Under the pieces are notes generated by a model, which worked only from the letters and a program-made list of their open reading frames with translations, had not been told where the DNA came from and searched no databases. Shown here piece after piece: positions 1 through 10,514 of a stretch of DNA of 64,000 nt. The translations under genes and the position numbers were made by a program. The stretch covers positions 32,001-96,000 of the forward strand of contig CAVZJB010000003.1 of the NCBI GenBank assembly GCA_963775425.1, in the 5' to 3' direction. The stretch comes from an uncultured delta proteobacterium (lineage in GTDB: Bacteria > Myxococcota > UBA727 > VGSZ01). Every line of letters starts with the position of its first letter. Positions within the stretch are counted from its first letter, which is position 1.

Positions 1-1
1 G

Positions 2-634
2 CAGCTTCACGAGGGCCCGCGCACCCTCGACCTCGCTGCGTTCACGCGATCGTTTGCGGACACGCAGAGCGATTGGTTCGACGGCGACAAGCTCGGCGCC
101 AAGCTCGGCGAGAAGAAGAACCGCGTGGACTTCTTCGCAAACGGCAAGCGCATCAACGACACGCTCCCCGACACCATCTACACCGGCAACGAGGCCGTCG
201 AGCGCGCCGAGTTCAAACAGCCACCGAAGGTGGTGGTGAAGCGAGTAGCGGCGAGCGAGGAGCGGCCGGCGGGCTGGGAGGTGTCGGTGGAGAGCCTCTT
301 GCCCGACGCCGACAAGCTCGGCCCGGTCGGCTTCAAGTGCAAGCCGTGGATCGACGTCGACGGCAGGCTCGTGAGTGCCCGCTGCATGACGAAGACGGCG
401 CTCACGCCCACCAAGCGAAGCGCCACGTGGTTCATCCCCGCCGACGCCGAGGTGGGCGGCGCCGCGTTGAAGAAGGGCACGCCGCTCGTCATCGACACGG
501 GGCCGCTCGGGTGGCGCGCCACCATCCCGCTGCCGGGCGCGCGGGAGACGTTCGACTCCACGGCAGACCCGCTTGCGACCTGGGTGCTGCGCGAGAGCGA
601 CTACCACCGCGCCGGCCTGATCATCGGCTCGTGA
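2..634 (+). CDS. Hypothetical protein, 5'-truncated by window edge
   Basis: Frame open from position 2 (QLHEGPRTLDL...) through ORF 125..634; GC3-rich codons; stop overlaps next GTG (GTGA). Confidence 0.7.
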   Translation, partial: QLHEGPRTLDLAAFTRSFADTQSDWFDGDKLGAKLGEKKNRVDFFANGKRINDTLPDTIYTGNEAVERAEFKQPPKVVVKRVAASEERPAGWEVSVESLLPDADKLGPVGFKCKPWIDVDGRLVSARCMTKTALTPTKRSATWFIPADAEVGGAALKKGTPLVIDTGPLGWRATIPLPGARETFDSTADPLATWVLRESDYHRAGLIIGS

Positions 635-984
635 GCGACGCCGAGGCCCTCGTCGACACCGTCCTGGCCGCGTTTTTCGCGAAGCTCCTCGCGGGCTATG
701 CGACGTGGCCGAAGAAGCTCGTCGGCGCGCACGTCTACTTCGTCGTCGACGCTGGCGGCGAGCGCGTCTCGCGCACGCTCCGCTGCGAAGCCGACAAGCC
801 GCGCTTGTTTCGCGGCGTGGAGGCGCCGGGTACGAACCCCGCGTTCATCTCGTTTCTGCTCACGATCCCGCAGCTCTACAAGCTGATGACGTCGACGGAC
901 GCGAGCACCGACATCGTCGCCGACGGCAACGAGCCCGCGCTCCTGCAGGCGGTGGCCGCTGCGCTCAGCGCCGCCGGGCGATAG
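631..984 (+). CDS. Small hypothetical protein, possibly SCP2-like fold
   Basis: GTG at 631 coupled to upstream TGA; protein-like C-terminal 117 aa of ORF 73..984 (VSDAEALVDTVL...). Confidence 0.6.
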   Translation: MSDAEALVDTVLAAFFAKLLAGYATWPKKLVGAHVYFVVDAGGERVSRTLRCEADKPRLFRGVEAPGTNPAFISFLLTIPQLYKLMTSTDASTDIVADGNEPALLQAVAAALSAAGR

Positions 985-1033
985 GACCTCGTTTCGGCCA
1001 GGGACACCCTCGCGGCCGTGGTAGCCTCGTCCC

Positions 1034-2620
1034 ATGAAGCCGCTCGGGGGCACGCGCGTCGCGCGATCGACATCGACGGCGGCGTCAAAGAAGTCCGCCG
1101 CACCAAAGCTCACCAGCGGGGGCAAGAGCGGCGGTGCGTTCGCCGGTACGTCGTCGCTGGTGGCCGAGCGGCCCTCGGGGGGCACCTCGCGCGGCGCCGC
1201 GGTGATGCTGCGCGTGAGCGCGGGCGGGTCGGTGACGACGCTGGCGCAGCACCTCGCGGCGCTGGTGCCGCCGCGCCGGGACCTCACCGTCCTCGAGCTC
1301 GGCCCCCGCGGATCGACGGAAGCCTATGCGCGCGCGCGAGGGCAGGTGACCGCGTTCGTCGACGGTGCCGACGACGCCGCGGCGCTCGACGCGAAGGCCG
1401 CTTACCACCACGTCGAGGTGCGCGGGGGGGCGGAGCTCGGGGCTCTCGGCGTGAACGCCGGCCGCTTCAATCTCGTCGTCGCGCGCGCCGTCGACGTCGC
1501 GCACGCGGGCGACGCTGCACGGCTCACGGCGTCGCTCGCGCCCGGTGGCAGCCTCGTCGTGCAAACGTCCGGCAAGCGCTTGCCGCGCGCGCTCGTCGCC
1601 GCCGCCGAAGCCGACGGCCTCGTCCTCGGCAAGCCCGTCCGCATTGACGGTGGCTTCACCTTCGCGTTGAAGAAGCCGGGCGCACGACCGCCGCTGCCGG
1701 TCGATCGCACGGCTTGCGTCGATCGTGCGCGCGTCGCCGCGTTGATCGACGCACCGCTCGTCGAGGGGCCCGCGCGCATGACCGTCGTCGACGACGCCGA
1801 TCCGACGCTGCGCCGGCAGCTCGATACGCTCATCGACGGCCTCGCTGCCGGCGCCCTCGATCCTGCGGATCTCGTCTTCCCGGATCGCGTCGCAGCGAGC
1901 GCCGTTGAAGGCGCGCCCGGCGTCGACTGCCTCGTCGTCTTCGCCCATCCCGACGACGAGAGCGGGTACGCGGCCGGCGCGCTGGCGGGCATTACTGCGC
2001 AGGGGAAGCGCGTGCACTACGCCGTGGCCACCGATGGCGGCGGCGGCCTCGGCGGCAGCGGAGCCGACCTCGCTGCGACCCGCCTGCACGAGCTCGATGG
2101 CGCGGCACAGGCGCTGGGCATCGGCGCGATCAGCGTGCTCGGGCTCGATGACGCCGGCATGTACACCGACGATCACCGCGCCGTCCCCGTCACCGCCGCC
2201 GACGCGCTCGCGCTGTGGGGAGTCGACGCCGCGCTCGAGAAGCTCGTGCGCGCGATCCGTGAGCAACGGCCGCGCGCGATCCTCGGCTTCGATCCCACGC
2301 GCGATCCCGACTGGGGCCTGCACGGCCACCACCTCGCGATGGGCCTCGCGACCGCGGTCGCGGTTCACCTCGCCGCCGACCCGCGCGCGTTCCCCGAACA
2401 GGGCCTCGCTCCGTGGAGCGTCGCGGAGCAGTGGGCCGTGGTGCCGCCGGGATCACGCGGCGGTCGTCAAGTGACGGTCGACGTCGACGCCGCGAAGAAG
2501 CGCGCGGCGCTCGCTGCGCACCACACGCAGTCTTTTTCGCTCGACGGCAAGCTCGCGCAGCCCGGCGGGACGGAGCGCTGGCACCTGTTCCAGGCGCGCG
2601 TCGCACCGACGTTGTTCTGA
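1034..2620 (+). CDS. PIG-L/LmbE family deacetylase with N-terminal degenerate SAM-methyltransferase-like domain
   Basis: AHPDDE and HGHH metal motifs, KKRAALAAHHTQ C-terminal motif; N-half has VLELGP...FNLVVA...LAPGG. Confidence 0.8.
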   Translation: MKPLGGTRVARSTSTAASKKSAAPKLTSGGKSGGAFAGTSSLVAERPSGGTSRGAAVMLRVSAGGSVTTLAQHLAALVPPRRDLTVLELGPRGSTEAYARARGQVTAFVDGADDAAALDAKAAYHHVEVRGGAELGALGVNAGRFNLVVARAVDVAHAGDAARLTASLAPGGSLVVQTSGKRLPRALVAAAEADGLVLGKPVRIDGGFTFALKKPGARPPLPVDRTACVDRARVAALIDAPLVEGPARMTVVDDADPTLRRQLDTLIDGLAAGALDPADLVFPDRVAASAVEGAPGVDCLVVFAHPDDESGYAAGALAGITAQGKRVHYAVATDGGGGLGGSGADLAATRLHELDGAAQALGIGAISVLGLDDAGMYTDDHRAVPVTAADALALWGVDAALEKLVRAIREQRPRAILGFDPTRDPDWGLHGHHLAMGLATAVAVHLAADPRAFPEQGLAPWSVAEQWAVVPPGSRGGRQVTVDVDAAKKRAALAAHHTQSFSLDGKLAQPGGTERWHLFQARVAPTLF

Positions 2621-2753
2621 GGCTCGCGCGCTTCGCCGCGGCGTCGTTGCGCGACCGCCGGGCGACGTCCGCCGAAGCGCCATGACTGTCTCCGCTTGAG
2701 GCGAGCCTTTCGGCCGGCGGCGCCATCGGACGAACCGCCGGTAGGCTGCCGGG

Positions 2754-3680
2754 ATGCACTCGATCGCTCGTCCCGCGCTCGCGCTCCTGGCCCTGTCGCC
2801 CCTTGTCGCGTCCGTCGGCGCGTGCTTCAGCGGCGGCGACGCCCACATCAAGCTCACGAAGGGGGACAAGACCGAGGAGCTCGACCTCGGCGTCACCGAT
2901 CCCCTCACCGGCGACGCGATGACGCCGCTCGCCACCGGCGACGGCCTCTCTCTGCCGTATTCCTACAACGGCCACAGCGACATCCTCGACAGCGACCAAC
3001 CCACCGTGACGCTGTTGCCGTCGACGTTGAGCGTGGGCCTGGTGCCCGGCCTTCTCTCCTTCGATCATCTGGGCACGGCCATCGCGCCGCTCACCTTCAG
3101 CTACTACGTGGACTCCATCCACTTCACGGGCGACGGCGCACATCCCTTCGAGCTGCGCGGCCACGCAGGCGACGCGCAGGCGGAGGACCGGAGCGGCATC
3201 AAGGTGGAGGCGCTCGACTTCCACGCGGTCGCGACGTGTGAGGCGCTCCTCTCGGACCAGAGCGTCCTGTGCGGCTTCAGCGTGCTGCGCAGCGACTACC
3301 CTCCCTACACCGTGTCTCTACCCGCGGCACAGGGCGATTGCGCACCCGAGATCGCGAAGGCCGTGGTGGGTGGTGACGGCGCCGTCGCCCATGTCGACAT
3401 CAACGGCAGCGTGACCGTGGACGGCGCCTCCATCCCCATGGCGTGCACGCACCTCCTCGGCGACAACGACCTGCGCTCCTGCGGTGGCGAGAACGAGCTC
3501 GATGCCGGCGGCTGCCATTGGAAGGTCTTCGCCGAGGCGTACCCGAGCTTCGACCCCAGCGACCAGAGCGCGCACGTCCTCGTCAACTTCGGCGCCACCA
3601 CCGACGATGACAAGTGCGCGGCGGCGAGCTTCTGCAACGGCAGCACGAACGGGATCTCGCAGGACGGCTCAAAGACGTGA
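2754..3680 (+). CDS. Hypothetical Cys-rich lipoprotein
   Basis: Signal peptide with lipobox-like VGAC; multiple Cys. Confidence 0.7.
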   Translation: MHSIARPALALLALSPLVASVGACFSGGDAHIKLTKGDKTEELDLGVTDPLTGDAMTPLATGDGLSLPYSYNGHSDILDSDQPTVTLLPSTLSVGLVPGLLSFDHLGTAIAPLTFSYYVDSIHFTGDGAHPFELRGHAGDAQAEDRSGIKVEALDFHAVATCEALLSDQSVLCGFSVLRSDYPPYTVSLPAAQGDCAPEIAKAVVGGDGAVAHVDINGSVTVDGASIPMACTHLLGDNDLRSCGGENELDAGGCHWKVFAEAYPSFDPSDQSAHVLVNFGATTDDDKCAAASFCNGSTNGISQDGSKT

Positions 3681-3747
3681 GGCGCCCCCTTCGACGACGA
3701 TAGTCGGCACCAGAGTCCGGCCGGGTCTCACGCGACGCGAACGAGCA

Positions 3748-4071
3748 TCACGTGCTCCGAACGTCGTCCAGCCGCCCCAACGTGCTCTCGAGCGATCGCG
3801 TCAACTTCTCGGCCGCACCATCGATGGCGTCGCCCAGGTTCGAGGCCTGGTGGGTGACGGCGGTGGGCTGGCGACCCTCGAGGCGAACCTCCATCATGCA
3901 GCGCTTGTCGTCCGGGCCGGTCTTGTCGCTGTTCTGGTCGCTGAGGTGGACCTCTACCCGCGTGATCCAATCGCTGAATCGGCTGAGGGCTCCCTCCACC
4001 ACACCCTTGACGTAGACGGCGAGCTCTTCGCGGCCTCTGACGTTGCTGTCCGTGTTGACCTGGATGTGCAT
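3748..4071 (-). CDS. hpf: HPF/RaiA family ribosome-associated (hibernation) protein, short type
   Basis: MHIQVNTD...ITRVEVHLSD...DKRCMMEVRL...AIDGAAEKL pattern; GAGGAG RBS. Confidence 0.85.
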   Translation of the reverse strand: MHIQVNTDSNVRGREELAVYVKGVVEGALSRFSDWITRVEVHLSDQNSDKTGPDDKRCMMEVRLEGRQPTAVTHQASNLGDAIDGAAEKLTRSLESTLGRLDDVRST

Positions 4072-4164
4072 CGCGCTCTCCTCGGTGGTCCATGGCTCGT
4101 TCGCTGCGCTGCACGAAGCGAGCCGGCGCGAGTCCCGCGGCTCGGTCCGGCCGCGCCGGACATC

Positions 4165-4740
4165 GTGGGGCCCGACGATTGGATCCTCTTCACGGTCCAG
4201 ACGAACACGAACGACTGCTTCAAGGTGCGCACCGACAAGATCCGATCCGATGGCAGCGACCGTACGCAGCTCAGCGACGGGGGCCCGAGCTGCACGCCGC
4301 AGGGCTTCGAGCAGTCGGGTGACGCGGACCCGTGCTGGAGCGCGGACGGAACGACGCTCTACACGTCACGCGGCATCCCGTCGGAGCCAAACGACGCGCC
4401 CGCGGGGGTGGGAATCACCGAGCGCAAGCTCGTGTCGTTCTCGAGCGATGCATGGTCCCCGCAGAGCGTCGAGACGGACCTCTCGCTCGCCGCCGCCCCC
4501 GACTGCATCGAAGGCGTCCCGAAGGCGTCACCGGACGGCGAGCACCTCCTCGTCTACCGTGTGTGCTTCGGCGCCGACGGCCAGCCCGACGAGCCCGGCG
4601 TCTATCTCGCTGACACCGACGGCAAGACGCGCAGCTTCGCGTTCGCGGGCTTCGGCGCAGATTGCAACCCGGTCGCGCCGGTGCCTTCGCGACGGCCGCG
4701 CTCTCCGCGGCGGTGCGGTCGACCACGGCGCGGCGCATGA
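4165..4740 (+). pseudogene. Fragment of TolB-like/PD40 beta-propeller protein
   Basis: PD40-like motifs (DGSDRTQLS, DPCWSADGTTL, PKASPDGEHL) but no signal peptide or N-terminal blades; C-terminus reads through into junk. Confidence 0.5.
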
Positions 4741-4874
4741 CCCGAACGCTGGCGTCGCGGCGACGACGCTCGCGGCCACGAAGATCGTGTGTCGCCCGCC
4801 GGAAACGCCGCCGGCGCGCGCAGCGCCTGGTACGTTTCGTGCCGCGCCGGTGCTCCTCGCGCTAGCCTGGGTGC

Positions 4875-5609
4875 ATGACCATCGAGCGACGGCGGCATCT
4901 CCGGGTCCTCGTGCCCGGTGCCTATTGCGAGCTCCTCGTCGGCGCCGCGACCGTCGGCCTCGTCTCGATCGAAGACGTCTCCGACTCCGGCGTCTTCGTG
5001 GCCGTTCCGCGGCCGAGCATCCCCGAGCGCACCGCGGTGCAATTGCGCTTCATCGAGGAGAAGACGCCGTTCGTCGTCGACGGCACCATCGCGCAGGTCG
5101 TCCGCGCCGACAGCGGTCGCACGCCGGGCTACGGCATCGAGCTCAGGTCACCACCGGCCGACACCGTCGAGCGCGTCGTCTCCGTGCGCAAAAGCCCCGC
5201 GACGCCGGCCGCGGCGGCGCCGCCCGCTGCGCTCTCCGCGGTGATCCTCGGCCCCACCAACGGCCAGGGCCCCGCCATGGCGCAGGCGCTCTCGCTCTTC
5301 GGCATCGAGACGCTGTTCGCCGTCGATCCCAAGGTGGCGCTCGCGTCGATGGCGCCGCGCGTGCGCATCGTCCTCGTCGAGCTTCGCCTCCTCGAGGTCG
5401 CCACCGGCGTGGCGCTCACGCACCTGCGCGCCGCCGCACCCAAGGCGCGCCTCATGGTCGCCGTCGAGAGGCTCCCCGACGTGGACGCACGCGCGCAGCT
5501 CCTGCGCCAGGGTGCCGACGAGCTGCTCCTGCTGCCCTACGACCCGTTCAGCGTGATGGGGAAGATGCACGCCGTCGCCCGACGCCAAGGCTCGCTCGGC
5601 CGGCGCTGA
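4875..5609 (+). CDS. PilZ domain protein with C-terminal atypical receiver-like domain
   Basis: RxxxR (ERRRHLR) and DxSxxG (DVSDSG) motifs; C-terminal GADELL receiver-like pattern. Confidence 0.75.
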   Translation: MTIERRRHLRVLVPGAYCELLVGAATVGLVSIEDVSDSGVFVAVPRPSIPERTAVQLRFIEEKTPFVVDGTIAQVVRADSGRTPGYGIELRSPPADTVERVVSVRKSPATPAAAAPPAALSAVILGPTNGQGPAMAQALSLFGIETLFAVDPKVALASMAPRVRIVLVELRLLEVATGVALTHLRAAAPKARLMVAVERLPDVDARAQLLRQGADELLLLPYDPFSVMGKMHAVARRQGSLGRR

Positions 5610-5665
5610 GCGCGCGCATCGTGCCCGCGGCGAGCGAGAAGCCGGAGCCTCCGTGCTGACGGAGC

Positions 5666-7702
5666 TCAGACCCGGCCGGGCCTGTCCCCGAACGCGGACG
5701 TCGGGGTGGCCGTCGCAAGCGCCACCGGCGCTTCCGGCACGACGCCTCCGCTGAATTGCGCGGCGTAGAGCGCGGCGTATGCACCGCCTCGCTCGAGCAA
5801 TTGGGAGTGGTTCCCCTGTTCGACGATGCGGCCGTGCTCCATGACGAGGATGAGGTCGGCGTCGCGAATTGTGGAGAGGCGATGGGCGATGACGAAGCTG
5901 GTCCGCTCGGCGCGAAGCGCCGACATCGCGTGCTGCACGAGCAGCTCGGTGCGCGTGTCGACCGAGCTGGTGGCCTCGTCGAGGATCAGCAACGCAGGGT
6001 TCGCCAGGAACGCGCGGGCGATGGTGATGAGCTGCTTCTCCCCGGCGCTGACGCTGCCGCTCTCGTCGTCGATCACCGTGTCGTAGCCCGCGGGGAGCGT
6101 GTTGACGAAACGATCGACGAAGGTCGCCTTGGCCGCGGCGACGATGGCGTCCTCGCCCGCGGTGGGGTGCCCGTAGGCGATGTTCTCCCGGATGGTGCCG
6201 CGGAAGAGCCAGGTGTCCTGGAGCACCATGCCGATCTGCGAGCGCAGGTCCTCGCGGCGTAGCTTGGTGATGTCGACGCCGTCGAGCGTGATCCGCCCGC
6301 CGTCGACGTCGTAGAAGCGCATGATCAAGTTGATGAGCGTGGTCTTGCCCGCGCCGGTGGGCCCCACGATGGCGACCGTGTGACCGGGCTCCACGTGAAA
6401 GCTCACATCGTCGAGCAGCGGCTCGTCTTCGCTGTAGCGGAAGGAGACGTGCTCGAAGGCGACGCGGCCCTGGGTGACGGCGGAGCGTGCGGCGAGCCCA
6501 TCCTCGGCGGGCTCCTCCTCCGCGTCGAGCAGCTCGAACACGCGCTCCGCCGACGCCACGCCCGACTGCAGTTGGTTCACCATGGACGCGAGCTGCGTGA
6601 CGGGCCTCGTGAAGTTCCGCGAGTACTGGATGAACGCCTGGACGTCGCCCAGGGTCATGGTGCCGCGGGCCACGCGGAGGGCGCCGACGACGGCGATGGC
6701 GACGTAGTTGAGGTTCCCGATGAACATGGCGCTGGGCATGATCAGGCCCGAGAGGAACTGCGCCCGGAAGCTCGCCGCGAAGAGCTCGTCGTTCTCGCGT
6801 TGGAACGTGGCGCGCACCTCACGCTGACGACCGAACACCTTGACGAGCGCGTGACCGGTGAAGGCCTCTTCGACGACGCCGTTCAAGCTGCCTGTGCGAC
6901 GCCACTGGGTGATGAAGCTCTTTTGCGAACGCTTCATGACCACGCCGGCGCCGAGCATGGTCACCGGGATGGTCACGAGCGCGATGAGCGCGAGGACCGG
7001 TGAGACGTAGAACATCATCCCGATGACGAAGACCACGGTGAGCGCCGACGTCAAAAGTTGGCTCATGGTCTGCTGAAGGCTCTGGGACACGTTGTCGATG
7101 TCGTTGGTGACGCGGCTCAACAGCTCGCCGCGCGGCTGGCGATCGAAGTAGCGCAACGGCAACTGATTCAGCTTGTCCTCGACCTCGGCGCGCATGCGCC
7201 GCACGGTGTGCTGCACCACGTCGTTGAGCAGGTACCCCTGGAAGAACGCGAGCAACGACGATGCGACGTACAGGCCGAGCGCGGCGAGGAGCACCACGGC
7301 GAGCGCGTGGAAGTCGATGCCGTGGCCGGGGACGAGGTCGACGCCGCTCATCATGTCGGCGACGCGCTCTTGTCCGCGGGAGCGCACGGCCTCGATGGCC
7401 TGCGCTTTGGAGAGCCCTGCGGGCAGGTTCTTGCCGAGGACGCCGGCGAAGATGAGATCGGTGGCGCGCCCGAGGATCTTCGGACCGACGGCGGAGAGCG
7501 CGACGCTGATGACGCCGGCGCCGATGACGGCCGCGACCTTCACGCGTTCGGGCCGCAGGCGCTTCACGAGCCGCCTGAGCGAGCGGCCGAGCTGCAGCGG
7601 CTTCTGGCCGACCATGCCGCCGCCGAAGGGACCGCCGCGGCCCGGGCCTCCCTGCCCGACGACGCGCTCGGTCGCCTTCATGGTCTTGCTCTTGTCGCTC
7701 AC
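5666..7702 (-). CDS. Heterodimeric ABC exporter, TMD+NBD subunit B
   Basis: Walker A GPTGAGKT, SAGEKQ, ILDEATS, AHRLST; GTG at 7702 overlaps upstream stop. Confidence 0.92.
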   Translation of the reverse strand: MSDKSKTMKATERVVGQGGPGRGGPFGGGMVGQKPLQLGRSLRRLVKRLRPERVKVAAVIGAGVISVALSAVGPKILGRATDLIFAGVLGKNLPAGLSKAQAIEAVRSRGQERVADMMSGVDLVPGHGIDFHALAVVLLAALGLYVASSLLAFFQGYLLNDVVQHTVRRMRAEVEDKLNQLPLRYFDRQPRGELLSRVTNDIDNVSQSLQQTMSQLLTSALTVVFVIGMMFYVSPVLALIALVTIPVTMLGAGVVMKRSQKSFITQWRRTGSLNGVVEEAFTGHALVKVFGRQREVRATFQRENDELFAASFRAQFLSGLIMPSAMFIGNLNYVAIAVVGALRVARGTMTLGDVQAFIQYSRNFTRPVTQLASMVNQLQSGVASAERVFELLDAEEEPAEDGLAARSAVTQGRVAFEHVSFRYSEDEPLLDDVSFHVEPGHTVAIVGPTGAGKTTLINLIMRFYDVDGGRITLDGVDITKLRREDLRSQIGMVLQDTWLFRGTIRENIAYGHPTAGEDAIVAAAKATFVDRFVNTLPAGYDTVIDDESGSVSAGEKQLITIARAFLANPALLILDEATSSVDTRTELLVQHAMSALRAERTSFVIAHRLSTIRDADLILVMEHGRIVEQGNHSQLLERGGAYAALYAAQFSGGVVPEAPVALATATPTSAFGDRPGRV

Positions 7703-9429
7703 GCGGCCTCCGCCGTGAGCTGGGAGGCCACGATTTCCGCGTAGGTGGGGCACGACGCGCGCAGCTCGTCGTGCGTGCCGCGGCCGACGACGGCGCCGTG
7801 CTCGAGGACCACGATCTGATCCGCGTCGACGATGGTGGCGACGCGCTGGGCGATGATGAGCACGACGGCGTCGCGCGTGACGTCCTTGAGCGCGCGGCGC
7901 AAGCGGGCGTCGGTGGCGACGTCGAGCGCCGAGAAGGAGTCATCGAAGAGGTACACCTGCGGGCGACGGATGAGCGCGCGCGCGATGGCGAGGCGTTGCC
8001 GCTGGCCGCCGGAGACGTTGGTCCCGCCTTGCGCGATGGCCGACTCCAGGCCCTGCGGCATGGCGGCGACGAAGTCCTTGGCCTGCGCGATGTCGAGCGC
8101 TTGCCACATCTCCTCTTCACTCGCGTCGGGCTTGCCGTAGCGCAGGTTGGACGCCACCGTTCCCGAGAAGAGGTAGGTCTTTTGCGGCACGACGCCGATC
8201 CTGCTCCACAGAGTGTCGGGGTCGATGTCGCGCACGTCGACGCCGTTGACGAGCACGCGCCCGCTGGTGGCGTCGGCGAGCCGCGGGATGAGGTTGACGA
8301 GGGTGGTCTTGCCCGTGCCTGTCGAGCCCACCACCGCCACAGTCGTCCCCGCCCGCACGCTGAACGAGATGTCCTCGAGGACGGGCTTGCCCGCCCCGGG
8401 GAACGAGAAGCCGACGTGATCGAGCTCGAGCGAGGTGCCGCCGGGCAGCTCGGTGACACCTGCCGCCGGCGCCAGCACCGACGGCCGGGTGTCGAGGACC
8501 TCGCGGATGCGTTCGCTCGACGCGGCGGCGCGCGGGACCATCATGAGCATGAACGTCGACATCATCACGGCCATGAGGATCAGGATGAGATAGGTGAGGA
8601 ACGCCGTGAGGGAGCCGATGGGCATCGCGCCGCTGTCGACGCGCCCGCCGCCGAACCAGAGCACGGCCACGGTGGCCGCGTTCATCACCAGCATCACCGC
8701 CGGGAAGATGGCCGCCATCCAGCGTCCGACGGCGATCGCGACGGCGGTGAGGTCCGTGTTGGCCTCCGCGAAGCGCTCGCTCTCGAAGCGCTCGCGAACG
8801 AAAGCGCGCACGACGCGGATGCCGCTCGTCTGCTCGCGCAGCACCTTGTTCACGACGTCAAGCCGCTTCTGCATCAAGCGGAAGCCCGGCACCATGCGCG
8901 TGATGATCAACCCGATCATCAGCACCATGATGGGGACGACGGCGGCGAACAGCCATGACAGGCCGACGTCCTCGCGCAGCGCCATGACCACCCCGCCGAT
9001 CATCGTGATGGGCGCCGAGATGAGCATGGTGAACGTCATCAGCACGAGCATCTGCACCTGCTGGACGTCGTTGGTGTTGCGCGTGAGGAGTGACGGCGCG
9101 CCGAAGCCCGCCACCTCCCGCGACGAGAACTCCAGCGCACCCTTGAAGATTGCTGCGCGGAGGTCCCGGCCGAACGCCATGGCGGTGCGCGCCCCGAAGT
9201 AGACGGCGACGATGGTGCACGCGGCCTGGAGCAGCGAGACGGCCAACATCACGCCGCCGGTGCGCAGGATGTAGCTCGTGTCGCCGAGCAACACGCCGTG
9301 ATCGATGATGTCGGCGTTCAAGCTCGGCAGGTAGAGCGACGCGATGGTGCCGACGAGCTGCAAGCCGACGACGGCGAGCATCTCCCGCCAATAGGGCCTG
9401 AGGTACTCCCGCAGGATTCGCAACAGCAT
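7699..9429 (-). CDS. Heterodimeric ABC exporter, TMD+NBD subunit A (degenerate catalytic residues)
   Basis: GSTGTGKT, SGGQRQR, Walker B LFDD and switch AQR, as in TM287/288-type exporters. Confidence 0.92.
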   Translation of the reverse strand: MLLRILREYLRPYWREMLAVVGLQLVGTIASLYLPSLNADIIDHGVLLGDTSYILRTGGVMLAVSLLQAACTIVAVYFGARTAMAFGRDLRAAIFKGALEFSSREVAGFGAPSLLTRNTNDVQQVQMLVLMTFTMLISAPITMIGGVVMALREDVGLSWLFAAVVPIMVLMIGLIITRMVPGFRLMQKRLDVVNKVLREQTSGIRVVRAFVRERFESERFAEANTDLTAVAIAVGRWMAAIFPAVMLVMNAATVAVLWFGGGRVDSGAMPIGSLTAFLTYLILILMAVMMSTFMLMMVPRAAASSERIREVLDTRPSVLAPAAGVTELPGGTSLELDHVGFSFPGAGKPVLEDISFSVRAGTTVAVVGSTGTGKTTLVNLIPRLADATSGRVLVNGVDVRDIDPDTLWSRIGVVPQKTYLFSGTVASNLRYGKPDASEEEMWQALDIAQAKDFVAAMPQGLESAIAQGGTNVSGGQRQRLAIARALIRRPQVYLFDDSFSALDVATDARLRRALKDVTRDAVVLIIAQRVATIVDADQIVVLEHGAVVGRGTHDELRASCPTYAEIVASQLTAEAA

Positions 9430-9539
9430 CTACGTCGCTCCGGGCCGCGACCATAGTCGCCGGAGTCGGCAACACCAAGGGGACCAGCGCGCGACTCCAC
9501 TTCCCTCTCCGCCCTGCTGCCGCGCTACGCTCGCGCCCG

Positions 9540-10481
9540 ATGGACTCCATGCCCGATGACATCCGCGACGCCGTCGCGCGCGCCTTCCCAGGCGACGCCG
9601 TCGAAGACGTCGAGCGGCTCGGCGGTGGCCGCTCAGGCGCTCACGTCTTCGCGTTTCGCGCCGGCGGGCGCGCGTTCGTCGCCCGCGTGAGCGCAGGCTA
9701 CACGCGCGCCGGTCGCGCCCAGGCGCCGCGCGAGCTCGCTTGCATGCGCGCAGCCGCCGGCGCGGCGCTCGCCCCGGCGGTCATCGCCGTCGACGAGGAC
9801 GCGGGTGTCGTCGTGCTCGAGCGCTTCGAGGGCGCGCCCTTCAAGCGCGACGACGAGACCATCCGGCGATTCGGCCGCGCGCTCAGAGCCCTGCATGCGG
9901 TGACGCCGCCGTTTCCTGCGCTCCCGCCGCTCGGCGACCTCGTCGCGATGGTGGACGATGTCGTGCGTGCGGCCGGGGGCGCGGGCGTAGCCCCCTCGAT
10001 CGCCGAGACGATGAAGCTGCTTTCCCCTCGGGCCGCTGAAGGCGCGACGCTCGTGTCGTGCCACAACGATCTCAACCCGACGAACATCCTGCTCGGCGAG
10101 GACCGCGTGGTCTTCGTGGATTGGGAGTCGGCCGGCGCGGCGGACCCCTGGTTCGACCTCGCCGTCGCGGGGGTCTTCGCGTGTCCCGGCGACGCGCACC
10201 GCGCGCTGCTCATGGAGGCGTACCTCGGCCACGCGCCGTCGGCGGACGAGCGCGCGCGTGGCGCGCTGTTCCGTGTGCTCGCGCTCGGCTACTACGCCGC
10301 CGCGCTGACCCTCGTGGCACATCGGCATGGGCAGCGCGTCGACGACGCCGAGGCGGAAGAGCTCGGCGTCGTGCTCCGCGCCATGGGGACGACACCGCCG
10401 CGCGTCGTCGCCGCCACGCTCGCGCGCGAGATGCTGCGACTGCGCAGCGAGCTCCCCGGGGAAGCCTCGCCGACTTCGTAG
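9540..10481 (+). CDS. Aminoglycoside phosphotransferase/choline kinase family protein
   Basis: GGGRSG loop, HNDLNPTNIL, FVDWE, DPWFDLA motifs. Confidence 0.85.
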   Translation: MDSMPDDIRDAVARAFPGDAVEDVERLGGGRSGAHVFAFRAGGRAFVARVSAGYTRAGRAQAPRELACMRAAAGAALAPAVIAVDEDAGVVVLERFEGAPFKRDDETIRRFGRALRALHAVTPPFPALPPLGDLVAMVDDVVRAAGGAGVAPSIAETMKLLSPRAAEGATLVSCHNDLNPTNILLGEDRVVFVDWESAGAADPWFDLAVAGVFACPGDAHRALLMEAYLGHAPSADERARGALFRVLALGYYAAALTLVAHRHGQRVDDAEAEELGVVLRAMGTTPPRVVAATLAREMLRLRSELPGEASPTS

Positions 10482-10514
10482 GACCGACGGCCATCGCGCC
10501 GGAGTGAGGGGCGC

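Noticed and set aside
4094-4124. Imperfect hairpin upstream of hpf
   Set aside because: No U-tract, no second copy found; expected by chance at this GC content
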